Assembly: GCA_030618905.1 (NCBI GenBank) | Contig: JAUXCL010000002.1 | Location: 1-47,665, forward strand | Direction of reading: 5' to 3' | DNA: 47,665 bases | Source: Bacteroidales bacterium | GTDB lineage: Bacteria; Bacteroidota; Bacteroidia; Bacteroidales; B18-G4 | In this document: positions 20,213 to 29,348 of the stretch, piece by piece | Layout of the letters: each line of letters opens with the position of its first letter | How positions within the stretch are numbered: the stretch's first letter is position 1 | Program-made: the position numbers and the translations under genes | The notes under the pieces: generated by a model | What the model was told of the DNA's origin: nothing | Seen by the model: the letters and a program-made list of their open reading frames with translations, nothing else | Database searches by the model: none

Positions 20213-20237
20213 AGGGGGGTGGGTAAAAAAAGGGGGG
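20204..20237 (+). other. G-quadruplex-type motif (G3 A G5 A G6 T G3 ... G6)
   Basis: G-runs lie at 20204-06, 20208-12, 20214-19, 20221-23 and 20232-37. The first four are separated by single-nucleotide loops, and the motif overlaps the right arm of the palindrome. Confidence 0.6.
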
Positions 20238-20287
20238 TACAATGGGTCTAAATGATAAAAAATGGTATTAATAGACAAGGACTTGCT

Positions 20288-20315
20288 TTTGTGAAATTTA
20301 ATTGTTTTATTTTTG
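20288..20315 (+). promoter_or_regulatory. Candidate topA promoter: TTTG (-33) plus TATTTTTG (-7)
   Basis: TTTG lies at 20288-20291 and TATTTTTG (perfect TAnnTTTG) at 20308-20315, with a 16-nt spacer. It is about 46 nt upstream of the topA ATG. Confidence 0.4.
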
Positions 20316-20361
20316 CACCTGAATTTTTTTAATACGCAACTCATTCACAAACTAAACGAAA

Positions 20362-22689
20362 ATGTCTAAAAACCTTGTTATTGTTGAATCACCGGCTAAA
20401 GCCAAGACCATAGAACGCTTTCTGGGGAAGGATTTCCTTGTCAAATCAAGTTTTGGTCATGTCATGGACCTGTCGAAAAAGGACCTGGGTGTTGATATTG
20501 AAAATGGTTTTATTCCCGAATATGAAGTCTCCACGGATAAGAAAAAGGTAGTCACTGATCTGAAAAAACTGGCAAAAGCTGCCGAGACAGTTTGGTTGGC
20601 AACTGATGAAGACCGTGAAGGTGAAGCCATCTCATGGCACCTGGTAAATGCTTTGAAACTGGATGAATCGAAGGTCAAACGAATCGTTTTTCATGAGATA
20701 ACCAAAACAGCCATCACCGAAGCCATTGATCATCCAAGGAGTATTGACAAGAACCTGGTCAATGCGCAGACGGCCCGCCGTGTACTGGATCGCCTGGTGG
20801 GATACGAACTTTCTCCATTGTTATGGAAAAAAGTTAAGCCGGCATTGTCAGCAGGCAGGGTTCAATCCGTAGCGGTAAGGTTGATCGTGGAGCGGGAAGA
20901 CAGCATTAAGAATTTCAAAGTTTCTTCCTCCTATAAAATCACCGCCAAATTCCATATCAAAAAGAATGGGAAAGATGGCTTGCTGTGGGCAGACCTTCCT
21001 TCCCGTTTCAAGACCAAAGAAGAAGCTATTGCATTTCTGGGAAATTGTGCAGCTGCAAAATACACTGTTGCTGACATCGATACTAAACCTTCTAAGCGTT
21101 CACCGGCACCACCATTTACAACCTCCACATTACAGCAGGAAGCCAGCCGGAAGCTCGGTTTTTCAGTAGCCAACACCATGCGCCTGGCCCAGCAATTGTA
21201 CGAATCAGGTTTGATCACCTATATGCGTACTGATTCGGTTAACCTTTCTAAAATGGCCCTGGCCATGTCGCGTGATGAGATCACCAGCCTTTATGGTAAA
21301 AAGTATGTAAAAACAAGGAACTTTAAAACCAGGTCAAAAGGGGCACAGGAAGCGCATGAAGCCATCAGGCCAACTTACATCAACAACCAGAACATAGAAG
21401 GTGATCGCTCACAGAAAAAGCTTTATGAGCTGATCTGGAAAAGGACGATCGCCTCGCAGATGGCTGATGCTGAGCTGGAAAAAACAAATGTCACCATCGA
21501 TGTCTCCACCGTACCTGAAAAATTCATTGCCAAAGGTGAAGTCATCATATTCGACGGTTTCCTGAAAGTATATATTGAATCGACCGATGATGAAAATGGT
21601 GAAGACCATGAAGGCGTTTTACCTCCATTAAGTGTTGGCCAGGAGCTGGATTTTGAAAGCATGACTGCCACACAGAAATTTACGCAAGCTTTATTGCGTT
21701 TTACAGAAGCCAGCCTGGTCAAGAAAATGGAAGAGCTGGGTATTGGAAGGCCTTCAACTTATGCGCCAACCATTTCCACAATTCAGAAAAGGGAATATGT
21801 AGAAAAAAAGAACAGCGAAGGCTTCACAAGAGATTATAATCAGATTGTGCTGAAATCCGGTAATATAACGGAGGCCGTCAAGTCTGAAAAAGCCGGATTC
21901 GAAAAAAACAAGCTGTTCCCCACTGATCTGGGCATCATTGTTAACCAGTTTCTGGTCCAATATTTCGACAATATCCTGGATTATAATTTCACTGCCAGAG
22001 TAGAGAAGGAATTTGATGAGATTGCCCAGGGTAAAAAAGTCTGGAATGAAATGATCGGCGAGTTTTATCAACCTTTCCACTCCAGGATTGAAGACACCCA
22101 GGAAAAATCCAGAAAATTCTCCGGAGAGAAGTTATTGGGTATAGACCCTAAAAGTGGTAAAAATGTGTTTGTGAAGCTTGGCAAGTATGGCCCTATGGTT
22201 CAGATCGGAGATACCAGCGATGAAGAAAAGCCTCGATTTGCAGGTCTGAAAAAAGAGCAGAGCATAGATGGTATCAGCCTTGAAGAAGCCCTGGAGCTTT
22301 TTAGTTTCCCACGACAAATCGGAAGTTATGAGGATGAGGAGATAACTGTAGGTATCGGACGCTTTGGACCTTTCGTTCGTCATAAGAGTGCTTTCTATTC
22401 CATCCCAAAAGATGATGACCCATCAGCCGTCACCCAGGATAGGGCGGTGGAATTGATCGAAGAAAAACGTAAGGCCGACAGGGAAAAGATCATCTGTGAA
22501 TATAAGGAGAACCCTGAGGTTAAAGTACTGAAGGGCAGGTATGGACCGTATATCTCCATTGGAAAAAACAACTTTAAGATCCCTAAGGGCACTGTTCCTG
22601 AAACTTTAAGCCTGGAAGACTGTATTAAGATCTCTGAAGACCCAAAAAACGCACCAAAGAAGCGTTTTACCAAAAAAGGAAAAAAATAA
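20362..22689 (+). CDS. topA: DNA topoisomerase I (type IA), C-terminal repeat type without Zn-ribbon cysteines
   Basis: 775 aa with Toprim (LVIVESPAKAKTIERFLG, TDEDREGE) and the active-site Tyr in GLITYMRTDS. The C-terminal repeats are GKYGPMVQIG, GRFGPFVRH and GRYGPYISIG, and the tail is basic. Confidence 0.95.
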   Translation: MSKNLVIVESPAKAKTIERFLGKDFLVKSSFGHVMDLSKKDLGVDIENGFIPEYEVSTDKKKVVTDLKKLAKAAETVWLATDEDREGEAISWHLVNALKLDESKVKRIVFHEITKTAITEAIDHPRSIDKNLVNAQTARRVLDRLVGYELSPLLWKKVKPALSAGRVQSVAVRLIVEREDSIKNFKVSSSYKITAKFHIKKNGKDGLLWADLPSRFKTKEEAIAFLGNCAAAKYTVADIDTKPSKRSPAPPFTTSTLQQEASRKLGFSVANTMRLAQQLYESGLITYMRTDSVNLSKMALAMSRDEITSLYGKKYVKTRNFKTRSKGAQEAHEAIRPTYINNQNIEGDRSQKKLYELIWKRTIASQMADAELEKTNVTIDVSTVPEKFIAKGEVIIFDGFLKVYIESTDDENGEDHEGVLPPLSVGQELDFESMTATQKFTQALLRFTEASLVKKMEELGIGRPSTYAPTISTIQKREYVEKKNSEGFTRDYNQIVLKSGNITEAVKSEKAGFEKNKLFPTDLGIIVNQFLVQYFDNILDYNFTARVEKEFDEIAQGKKVWNEMIGEFYQPFHSRIEDTQEKSRKFSGEKLLGIDPKSGKNVFVKLGKYGPMVQIGDTSDEEKPRFAGLKKEQSIDGISLEEALELFSFPRQIGSYEDEEITVGIGRFGPFVRHKSAFYSIPKDDDPSAVTQDRAVELIEEKRKADREKIICEYKENPEVKVLKGRYGPYISIGKNNFKIPKGTVPETLSLEDCIKISEDPKNAPKKRFTKKGKK

Positions 22690-22749
22690 GCTTTCCCGAT
22701 TGTTCAGGAAATTGATTTCAATTATCTTTGGCTCAACACAAACAAAGCC

Positions 22750-23925
22750 ATGGATATCAGTATTTATTTTGAACCCATCGATGCCGAATCCTTCAGGATT
22801 GAAGATGACCTCCCCCGAAAACGTTTTTGTGACGAGATAGCAAGCTACCAGAAGAAAGACAGCTTTCCTGATCTGGAAAACATTGATATCGTCATCTTTG
22901 GGGTTAAGGAAGACAGGCAGGCCATTAATAATGAAGGCTGTGCCAACGGGCCCGACCTTGCCAGAAAGTACCTCTATCAGCTTTTCCAGGGCAATTATAA
23001 GACCAGGGTTGCCGACCTGGGCAATATCATCCAGGGTTACAGTATTGACGATACCTATTTTGCGGTCTCATCCGTGGTAGCTGCTTTGCTTGAAAACAAA
23101 ATTATACCAATAATTATCGGCGGAAGCCAGGACCTGACTTATGCCCAGTACAAGGGATATGAAAACCTGGGACAGATCATCAATATGATCGCAATAGATT
23201 CCAGGTTCGACCTGGGCAAGTACCAGGACGATATCAATTCCCAGTCATACCTGAGCAAGATCATCCTGCACCAGCCAAATTACCTTTTCAACTTTACCAA
23301 CCTGGGTTACCAGACCTATTATATCGACCAGGATGCCATCACCCTGATGCAGCAATTGTTTTTTGACACCTATCGCCTCGGTAAGGTCAGGGAAAACCCT
23401 GAAGAAGTAGAACCCATTGTCAGAAATGGAGATCTTTTGAGCATTGACGTTTCAGCCATCCGGCAATCCGATGCGCCGGGAAATGGAAATGCTTCCCCCA
23501 ATGGTTTTCAGGGTGAAGAAATGTGCCAGATTATGCGCTATGCAGGATTGAGCGATAAGATGTCTTCGGTAGGCTTCTATGAATACAATCCCATGTTTGA
23601 CAAGCAGGAACAAACGGCCCAGTTGATTTCACAGATGATCTGGTATTTTATTGACGGTTACTATAACCGCAAAAATGATTACCCGCTGAAGATCATGGAT
23701 GATTACCTGAAGTTCCTGGTCCGGGTGAAGGACCATAGTGATGAGATTGTCTTTTACAAAAGCAAAAAAAGTGAAAGGTGGTGGATGGAAGTACCCATTG
23801 AAACCGACCTGATGTCAAAATTCGACCGGCATTACATGGTCCCTTGCTCCTACGGTGATTACCAGGTAGCCTGTGAGGATATCATTCCCGATCGTTGGTG
23901 GCAGTTCTACCATAAGCTTATTTAA
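22750..23925 (+). CDS. Arginase/formimidoylglutamase-fold protein with degenerate metal-binding motifs and a ~100-aa C-terminal extension
   Basis: 391 aa that aligns by eye to ureohydrolase motifs. IIIGGSQDLTYA matches GGDHS, MIAIDSRFDLG matches DAHxD, LLSIDVSAIRQSDAP matches SxDxDxxDP, and VGFYEYNP matches the E.NP box. Confidence 0.7.
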   Translation: MDISIYFEPIDAESFRIEDDLPRKRFCDEIASYQKKDSFPDLENIDIVIFGVKEDRQAINNEGCANGPDLARKYLYQLFQGNYKTRVADLGNIIQGYSIDDTYFAVSSVVAALLENKIIPIIIGGSQDLTYAQYKGYENLGQIINMIAIDSRFDLGKYQDDINSQSYLSKIILHQPNYLFNFTNLGYQTYYIDQDAITLMQQLFFDTYRLGKVRENPEEVEPIVRNGDLLSIDVSAIRQSDAPGNGNASPNGFQGEEMCQIMRYAGLSDKMSSVGFYEYNPMFDKQEQTAQLISQMIWYFIDGYYNRKNDYPLKIMDDYLKFLVRVKDHSDEIVFYKSKKSERWWMEVPIETDLMSKFDRHYMVPCSYGDYQVACEDIIPDRWWQFYHKLI

Positions 23926-23943
23926 ACTGCGTGAAGTCCCATC

Positions 23944-24495
23944 CTACCCAACCCTCTCCGGGTTATCTCCGATAAAGCCTTTCCAGCTATTGTATTTCTT
24001 CCCTTCCGTTCCGGGTTTGTTCTGGAAATAATGGCAAACGGCAACGGCCAGGCCATCCGTGGCATCGAGATAATCAGGCGGTTCTTTTAAGGATAACAGG
24101 TTGATCAGCATAGCGGCAACCTGTTCCTTGGAGGCATTTCCATTTCCAGTGATCGATTGCTTGATCTTTTTGGGTGAATATTCAAAAATGGGTACCTGCT
24201 GATACAGGGCTGCAGCCATAGCCACCCCCTGCGCCCTGCCCAGCTTCAGCATGGACTGCACATTCTTGCCGTAAAAAGGGGCTTCGATGGCCAGTTCATC
24301 AGGCTTGTATTCCTTGATCAGGGCCAGCGTCCTTTCAAATATGCGTTGAAGTTTTAGTGGATGATCACCCAGCTTGGCAAGCTTGATCACGCCCAGGGTG
24401 ATTGGTTCAATTTTATTACCTTTATTGTGGATTAATCCATATCCCATGATGCTGGTCCCTGGATCTATGCCCAATATGATACGGTCGTTTTTCAA
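23944..24495 (-). CDS. ruvC: Crossover junction endodeoxyribonuclease RuvC
   Basis: 183 aa with ILGIDPGTSIMGYG, ELAIEAPFYGKN, GNGNASKEQV and ATDGLAVAVCH, the RuvC catalytic acidic-residue motifs. Confidence 0.92.
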   Translation of the reverse strand: MKNDRIILGIDPGTSIMGYGLIHNKGNKIEPITLGVIKLAKLGDHPLKLQRIFERTLALIKEYKPDELAIEAPFYGKNVQSMLKLGRAQGVAMAAALYQQVPIFEYSPKKIKQSITGNGNASKEQVAAMLINLLSLKEPPDYLDATDGLAVAVCHYFQNKPGTEGKKYNSWKGFIGDNPERVG

Positions 24496-24523
24496 GGTAT
24501 TAGGGGATGGTGATCATTAATCT

Positions 24524-25561
24524 ATGAAAACAAAAATACGCAAAACATACAACTTCCTTCTGCGATGGTTAATTATTATTGCCACTTATGGCTTTATCTA
24601 TAAACAGATATTTTACGTACATGATTTTAGCAGGATCATCACAGAATTCATGTTCTTTTTCAAGGAACCCATAACCATTATCCTGTCTGTCATCTGTTTT
24701 GTCCTGGTCTTTGTCAATTGGGGTATAGAAACCGAAAAATGGCAGTATCTCATCCGCAAGATTGAAAAGGTACCTTATATCAGGGCTTATAAAGCCGTAC
24801 TCTCCGGGGTGGCCATCAGTTCCTTTACACCCAACCGCGTCGGTGAATTTATGGGCCGGGTCTTCATCCTGGAGAAAGCCAACAGGATTGAGGGGATCCT
24901 CATCACCATCCTGGGCAGTATCAGCCAGTTCCTGGTCACCTTTATCCTGGGCGCTACCGGTATTGCAATTTTTGTACTGGCCTTCCAAAACCTGATCACA
25001 GAAGCGCTGGGCATAACCGATCAAGTCTTTATATACCTCTATATCGCACTGGCACTGGTATCCCTGGTCCTTTTCGCTTTTTTCCTGATGCTGTACCTGA
25101 AAGTCTCCGTAGTAAAAGATTTCGTTAACCGGCTGATTGGAAACAGGTGGAAGAAACTTAAAAGATATACCAGGGTTTTTAATTTGTATCAACCCCGGGA
25201 ATTATTGAGGGTGCTGGGATACAGCCTGCTACGCTATGTGGTGTTCACGTTGCAATTTTACCTGATGCTTAAAATCTTTGGTATAAGCCTGCCCATCATA
25301 CCGGGATTCATTATGATCAGCATTATATACTTTACCATCACCATCATCCCGACTATAGCCATTGCCGAGCTTGGCATCAGGGGCTCAGTCTCCCTGTTCA
25401 TTATTGGCACATATATGGAAAGCCAGGGTTTATCGGACATCCAATCAGATCTGGGAATTATTGCAGCCACCTCGGCTATCTGGCTGATCAACCTGGCCAT
25501 CCCTGCACTCATCGGAGCCGTCATGGTGTTCAACCTTAAATTCTTCAGGAAAAATGCTTGA
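24524..25561 (+). CDS. Polytopic membrane protein, lysyl-phosphatidylglycerol-synthase-TM / flippase-like (UPF0104) family
   Basis: 345 aa with about 8 hydrophobic segments and a conserved SSFTPNRVGEF-type motif. It overlaps the downstream GT2 gene by 8 nt. Confidence 0.6.
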   Translation: MKTKIRKTYNFLLRWLIIIATYGFIYKQIFYVHDFSRIITEFMFFFKEPITIILSVICFVLVFVNWGIETEKWQYLIRKIEKVPYIRAYKAVLSGVAISSFTPNRVGEFMGRVFILEKANRIEGILITILGSISQFLVTFILGATGIAIFVLAFQNLITEALGITDQVFIYLYIALALVSLVLFAFFLMLYLKVSVVKDFVNRLIGNRWKKLKRYTRVFNLYQPRELLRVLGYSLLRYVVFTLQFYLMLKIFGISLPIIPGFIMISIIYFTITIIPTIAIAELGIRGSVSLFIIGTYMESQGLSDIQSDLGIIAATSAIWLINLAIPALIGAVMVFNLKFFRKNA

Positions 25562-26738
25562 TATAAGCCCTGCTTTTACTGTTTTTCTATTCATAGCCGG
25601 GGCTATAAGTTTTCTTTATGCTTTTATAATTGCCTTATTAACTGCAGGTTGGCTCAGGATTAAAACCTGGAAAAAAACGGATGCACACCCGGAAATAAAT
25701 ATCAGCCTTATCATCCCTGCCCGGAATGAAGCCGAAAATATTGAGGGCTTGCTTCAGGGCATCGTACAGCAACAATACCCTTCAGGAATGTTTGAAACGA
25801 TTGTTGTTGATGATCATTCGACCGACAATACGGTTGAGGTTGTTCAAACATTTGGATACAGGATGCAGGATCCTTCGACTACGCTCAGGACAGGTTCCGG
25901 ATGCAGGATGATCCTTGTAAAGAATGATGGTATGGGAAAGAAGGCCGCTATCAGGAAAGGTGTGGAGATAGCATCCGGTGATTTGATTGTAACCATTGAT
26001 GCCGATTGCAGGGTTGGTTCGGAATGGTTATCCAGTATAGCTTCTTATTATGAAAAACACAAACCTAAATTGATTTCTGCACCGGTGGTTATTGGGGAAA
26101 CAAGCGGCTTCTTCAAATCCTTTCAGAGCATGGAGCTGATGAGCCTTGTGGCTGCCGGGGCAGGATCAATTGGAATCAACAAACCTATCATGTGCAACGG
26201 GGCAAACCTGGCATTCGAAAAGGAAGCATATCTGGAAGTTAATAAGAACAAAGAAGACCTGAAGTTTGCATCTGGTGACGATATATTTCTACTGCTCAAA
26301 ATCAAGAAACTTTATGGGAGCAGATCAATACACTTTTTAAAGAGCCCGGCGGCTATTGTTGCAACCCGGGCCAAGAAATCCATTCGTGACTACCTTAACC
26401 AGCGCTTTCGCTGGGTATCCAAAAGCAAAGGATACCGCGACCCTATGATCATCAGTGTTGCTGTTATGGTTTTTCTTTTTAACCTGCTGCTGATCACTTC
26501 AAGCATATTTGCCGGTCAATCCCTGTACCTGGCCAGGGCAGTAGCCGCATTATGGTTCATCAAGATCCTGATTGATCTTCCGATATTAATCAGCTTTAGC
26601 ATGTTTGCGAAGAGAGATAATATTATGGGGTACTATTTTATCTTCTCAATCATCTATGTGCCCTTTGTTGTAATTTCCGCTATCTGGGGAATCCTGGCTG
26701 GCAGGTTTAGCTGGAAAGCAAGAAAAATCAGGAATTAA
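25554..26738 (+). CDS. Family 2 glycosyltransferase, membrane-anchored (N-terminal and C-terminal TM segments)
   Basis: 394 aa with IIPARNEAENI, VVDDHSTDNT, TIDADC and the QRFRW motif (NQRFRWVSK), which is typical of processive GT2 enzymes. Confidence 0.85.
   Translation: MLDISPAFTVFLFIAGAISFLYAFIIALLTAGWLRIKTWKKTDAHPEINISLIIPARNEAENIEGLLQGIVQQQYPSGMFETIVVDDHSTDNTVEVVQTFGYRMQDPSTTLRTGSGCRMILVKNDGMGKKAAIRKGVEIASGDLIVTIDADCRVGSEWLSSIASYYEKHKPKLISAPVVIGETSGFFKSFQSMELMSLVAAGAGSIGINKPIMCNGANLAFEKEAYLEVNKNKEDLKFASGDDIFLLLKIKKLYGSRSIHFLKSPAAIVATRAKKSIRDYLNQRFRWVSKSKGYRDPMIISVAVMVFLFNLLLITSSIFAGQSLYLARAVAALWFIKILIDLPILISFSMFAKRDNIMGYYFIFSIIYVPFVVISAIWGILAGRFSWKARKIRN
25861..25909. repeat. 11-nt direct repeat GGATGCAGGAT flanking a 27-nt GC-rich segment inside the GT2 CDS; a third copy lies at 20132-20142
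   Basis: GGATGCAGGAT occurs at 25861-25871 and 25899-25909, with ccttcgactacgctcaggacaggttcc between the two copies. The identical 11-mer sits in the miaB/topA GC-rich island. Confidence 0.85.
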
Positions 26739-27408
26739 GATTATCTAATAGAACATTAGCAAGCAACAGGTCAGCAGGCCTGGTGATTTTTATATTTTCC
26801 GGATTCCCTTCAAATAAATGGATTTTCTCTCCGCTGCTTTCAAGCACGGTGGCATCATCGGTAAACAATGGATCATAGCTTACCTGGTATGCATTTTTGA
26901 TCAGTTTGATCTTAAATACCTGGGGGGTTTGAATAATTCTTAATTGATCCCTGTCGACTATTTTACTTTGATTGCCTGTAAGGGTCCTGACAGATTCATT
27001 AATCATCGTACAGGGAACCGCATTCCCATACTTTTCAGCCAACTCAAATCCATTCTTAATGACCACTTTCGAAACCAGGGGCCTGACCCCGTCATGGACA
27101 GCCACCAGGCCATCATCATCGATGGCATCCAGGCCGTTTTTAACCGATTGAAAACGGATATCCCCTCCGGCAGCCAATTGATGCTCAATGTGAAAATCGT
27201 ACTTTTCACAAAGGGTTTTCCAGTCTTCCCTGTATTGACTTCCCAGGACGATGATAAATTTCAAATCAGGAAATACATCATGAAAAACCTCCATCGTGCG
27301 CATCAGGATGGGTTTGTCCTTCAGTATAAGAAACTGTTTGGGAATAGTGGACTGCATTCGTTCTCCGGTCCCGCCGGCAGTGATCAACGCATATTTCTTA
27401 AATGCCAT
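26728..27408 (-). CDS. ispD: 2-C-methyl-D-erythritol 4-phosphate cytidylyltransferase
   Basis: 226 aa with ITAGGTGERM, VAVHDGVRP and IQTPQVF motifs. Its 3' end overlaps the convergent GT2 gene by 11 nt. Confidence 0.9.
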   Translation of the reverse strand: MAFKKYALITAGGTGERMQSTIPKQFLILKDKPILMRTMEVFHDVFPDLKFIIVLGSQYREDWKTLCEKYDFHIEHQLAAGGDIRFQSVKNGLDAIDDDGLVAVHDGVRPLVSKVVIKNGFELAEKYGNAVPCTMINESVRTLTGNQSKIVDRDQLRIIQTPQVFKIKLIKNAYQVSYDPLFTDDATVLESSGEKIHLFEGNPENIKITRPADLLLANVLLDNLNS

Positions 27409-27412
27409 CGTG

Positions 27413-28468
27413 TCAGATTACCAGCATGGCATCACCATAGGTGAAGAATTTATATTTTTCCTTGACCGCTTCCTTATAGGCTTCCATCAAAAAGTCATAG
27501 CCTGCAAAGGCTGTAACCATCATCATCATGGATGATTGTGGAAGGTGAAGGTTAGTGATCATGGCATCTGCAACGCTAAACTTATATTGTGGGAAGATAA
27601 ACTTATTGGTCCAGCCCCTGAATGGCTTTACTTTACCTGTAATGGACACGCATGTTTCCACAGCTTTCATGGAAGTCGTCCCAATGGCACAGATCTTTTT
27701 CTTCCTTTCTTTAGCTGCATTGATAATATTGGAATTCATCTCATCAACGATGACTTCCTCGGAATCCATCTTATGCTTGGTAAGGTCTTCCACCTCGATG
27801 GCCCGGAAATTGCCCAGGCCTGGATGAAGTGTGATTTCAGCATAGGCGATGCCCATCAGCTCCAGCCGTTTCATCAATTCACGAGAGAAATGAAGTCCCG
27901 CTGTTGGAGCAGCAACCGCACCTTCATGTTTGGCATATATGGTTTGGTAGCGTTCCTCATCTTCCGGTTCTACCGGCCGGCTATGGATCTTGGGTAATGG
28001 GGTTTGTCCGAGGCTATGGATGGTCTTCTTAAACTCTTCGTAGGAACCATCATATAAAAACCTCAGTGTACGCCCCCTGGAGGTGGTATTGTCAATCACC
28101 TCTGCAACGAGTAACTCATCTTCTCCAAAATACAATTTATTACCAATCCGTATCTTCCGGGCGGGGTCGACAAGAACATCCCAAAGCCTGGTTTCGCGGT
28201 TCAATTCACGCAAAAGGAATACTTCTATCTTGGCTCCTGTTTTTTCTTTAGTCCCAAAAAGCCTGGCAGGAAATACTTTGGTATTGTTAATTACAAATAC
28301 ATCACCGTCATCAAAATAATTCAATATATCCTTGAATACCTTATGTTCAATAGTGTGTTTTTTCCGATCTAAAACGATCATCCTTGATTCATCCCTATTG
28401 TCAGGTGGATAATTTGTAATTAATTCTGGTGGCAAATGAAATTTAAACTGAGATAATTTCATTCTCAC
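27413..28468 (-). CDS. queA: tRNA preQ1(34) S-adenosylmethionine ribosyltransferase-isomerase
   Basis: 351 aa with [39 protein letters not shown] and [11 protein letters not shown], all typical of QueA. The start could be Met1 or Met3. Confidence 0.93.
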   Translation of the reverse strand: MRMKLSQFKFHLPPELITNYPPDNRDESRMIVLDRKKHTIEHKVFKDILNYFDDGDVFVINNTKVFPARLFGTKEKTGAKIEVFLLRELNRETRLWDVLVDPARKIRIGNKLYFGEDELLVAEVIDNTTSRGRTLRFLYDGSYEEFKKTIHSLGQTPLPKIHSRPVEPEDEERYQTIYAKHEGAVAAPTAGLHFSRELMKRLELMGIAYAEITLHPGLGNFRAIEVEDLTKHKMDSEEVIVDEMNSNIINAAKERKKKICAIGTTSMKAVETCVSITGKVKPFRGWTNKFIFPQYKFSVADAMITNLHLPQSSMMMMVTAFAGYDFLMEAYKEAVKEKYKFFTYGDAMLVI

Positions 28469-28601
28469 AGTATATTTAGGTTTTAAGTTCTCTGAGGAAA
28501 TAGCTTGTAAAGTTACGAAATTTTGCCGGCAAAAGCAATATTATTCACCTTAAACACAACTATATCAGCAATTTTAGAAGAAAGATAATTCCTTCAGGGT
28601 A

Positions 28602-29333
28602 TTAAACACCGTTTGAATCAAATTGTTGTCCTTCCCTTAAAATATTTTCAAGGTCCGTAATTTCCATAGCATCAGACAACTTGAATTCCCCAATCCTGGT
28701 CCTGCACAATTCATACAGGTAAGCCCCACTATCCAGGGCTTGTCCAAAATCGCGGGCCAGTGAACGGATATAGGTTCCTTTGGCACAGGAAACCCTGAAT
28801 TTTACTTTTGGAATATTGATATCAGTTATTTCAAACTCATTAATACTTACGATTCGGGGACTCATTTTCACATCTTGCTGTTTCCTGGCCAATTGATAGG
28901 CCCTGGTACCTTCAACTCTGATAGCGGAGTAGGCTGGAGGAACCTGTTTTACTTCTCCAATAAATTTCAGAGTGGCTTTTTGGATCATTTCTGCAGTAAT
29001 ATGATCCACTGGAAATGTATCGATAACATCCGTTTCTTTGTCAAGTGATGCCGTGACGGCGCCCAGCAGGAGTGTCCCTGTATACGTTTTATCCAGGTCC
29101 TGGAACTGATTAATCTTCTTGGTTGCTCCTCCGGTACAGATGAGGAGTAAACCGGTAGCCAGGGGATCCAGGGTGCCTGTATGGCCAACCTTAATTTTCT
29201 GCTTCAGGAAATACCTGAGCATCCGTCGGATCTTATTCACTACGTCGAAGGAAGTCCAGGTACTGGGCTTATTGATGAGTAATACTTCTCCTTCAAGAAA
29301 ATTGTATTTTTTATTTGAAGCCTTTTGATTCAT
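28602..29333 (-). CDS. truB: tRNA pseudouridine(55) synthase
   Basis: 243 aa with VGHTGTLDPLATGLL (catalytic Asp), QVPPAYSAI and GTYIRSLARD motifs. Confidence 0.93.
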   Translation of the reverse strand: MNQKASNKKYNFLEGEVLLINKPSTWTSFDVVNKIRRMLRYFLKQKIKVGHTGTLDPLATGLLLICTGGATKKINQFQDLDKTYTGTLLLGAVTASLDKETDVIDTFPVDHITAEMIQKATLKFIGEVKQVPPAYSAIRVEGTRAYQLARKQQDVKMSPRIVSINEFEITDINIPKVKFRVSCAKGTYIRSLARDFGQALDSGAYLYELCRTRIGEFKLSDAMEITDLENILREGQQFDSNGV

Positions 29334-29348
29334 CTGGAAATGAATAGT

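Noticed and set aside
24569-25192. A 207-aa antisense ORF inside the flippase-like membrane protein gene. Similar long antisense ORFs lie at 32390-33037 (in leuS), 26944-27444 (in ispD), 27536-27997 (in queA), 40620-41063 (in A2M) and 12092-12349 (opposite acpP).
   Set aside because: Each lies entirely opposite a gene with strong family motifs. Their translations are low-complexity or compositionally odd with no recognisable motifs. They are best explained as shadow ORFs.
28521-28534. A perfect 14-nt palindrome, TTTTGCCGGCAAAA, between truB and queA.
   Set aside because: The usable stem is only about 5 bp with a 4-nt loop and is AT-rich at the base. That is too weak to call a terminator or operator without further evidence.
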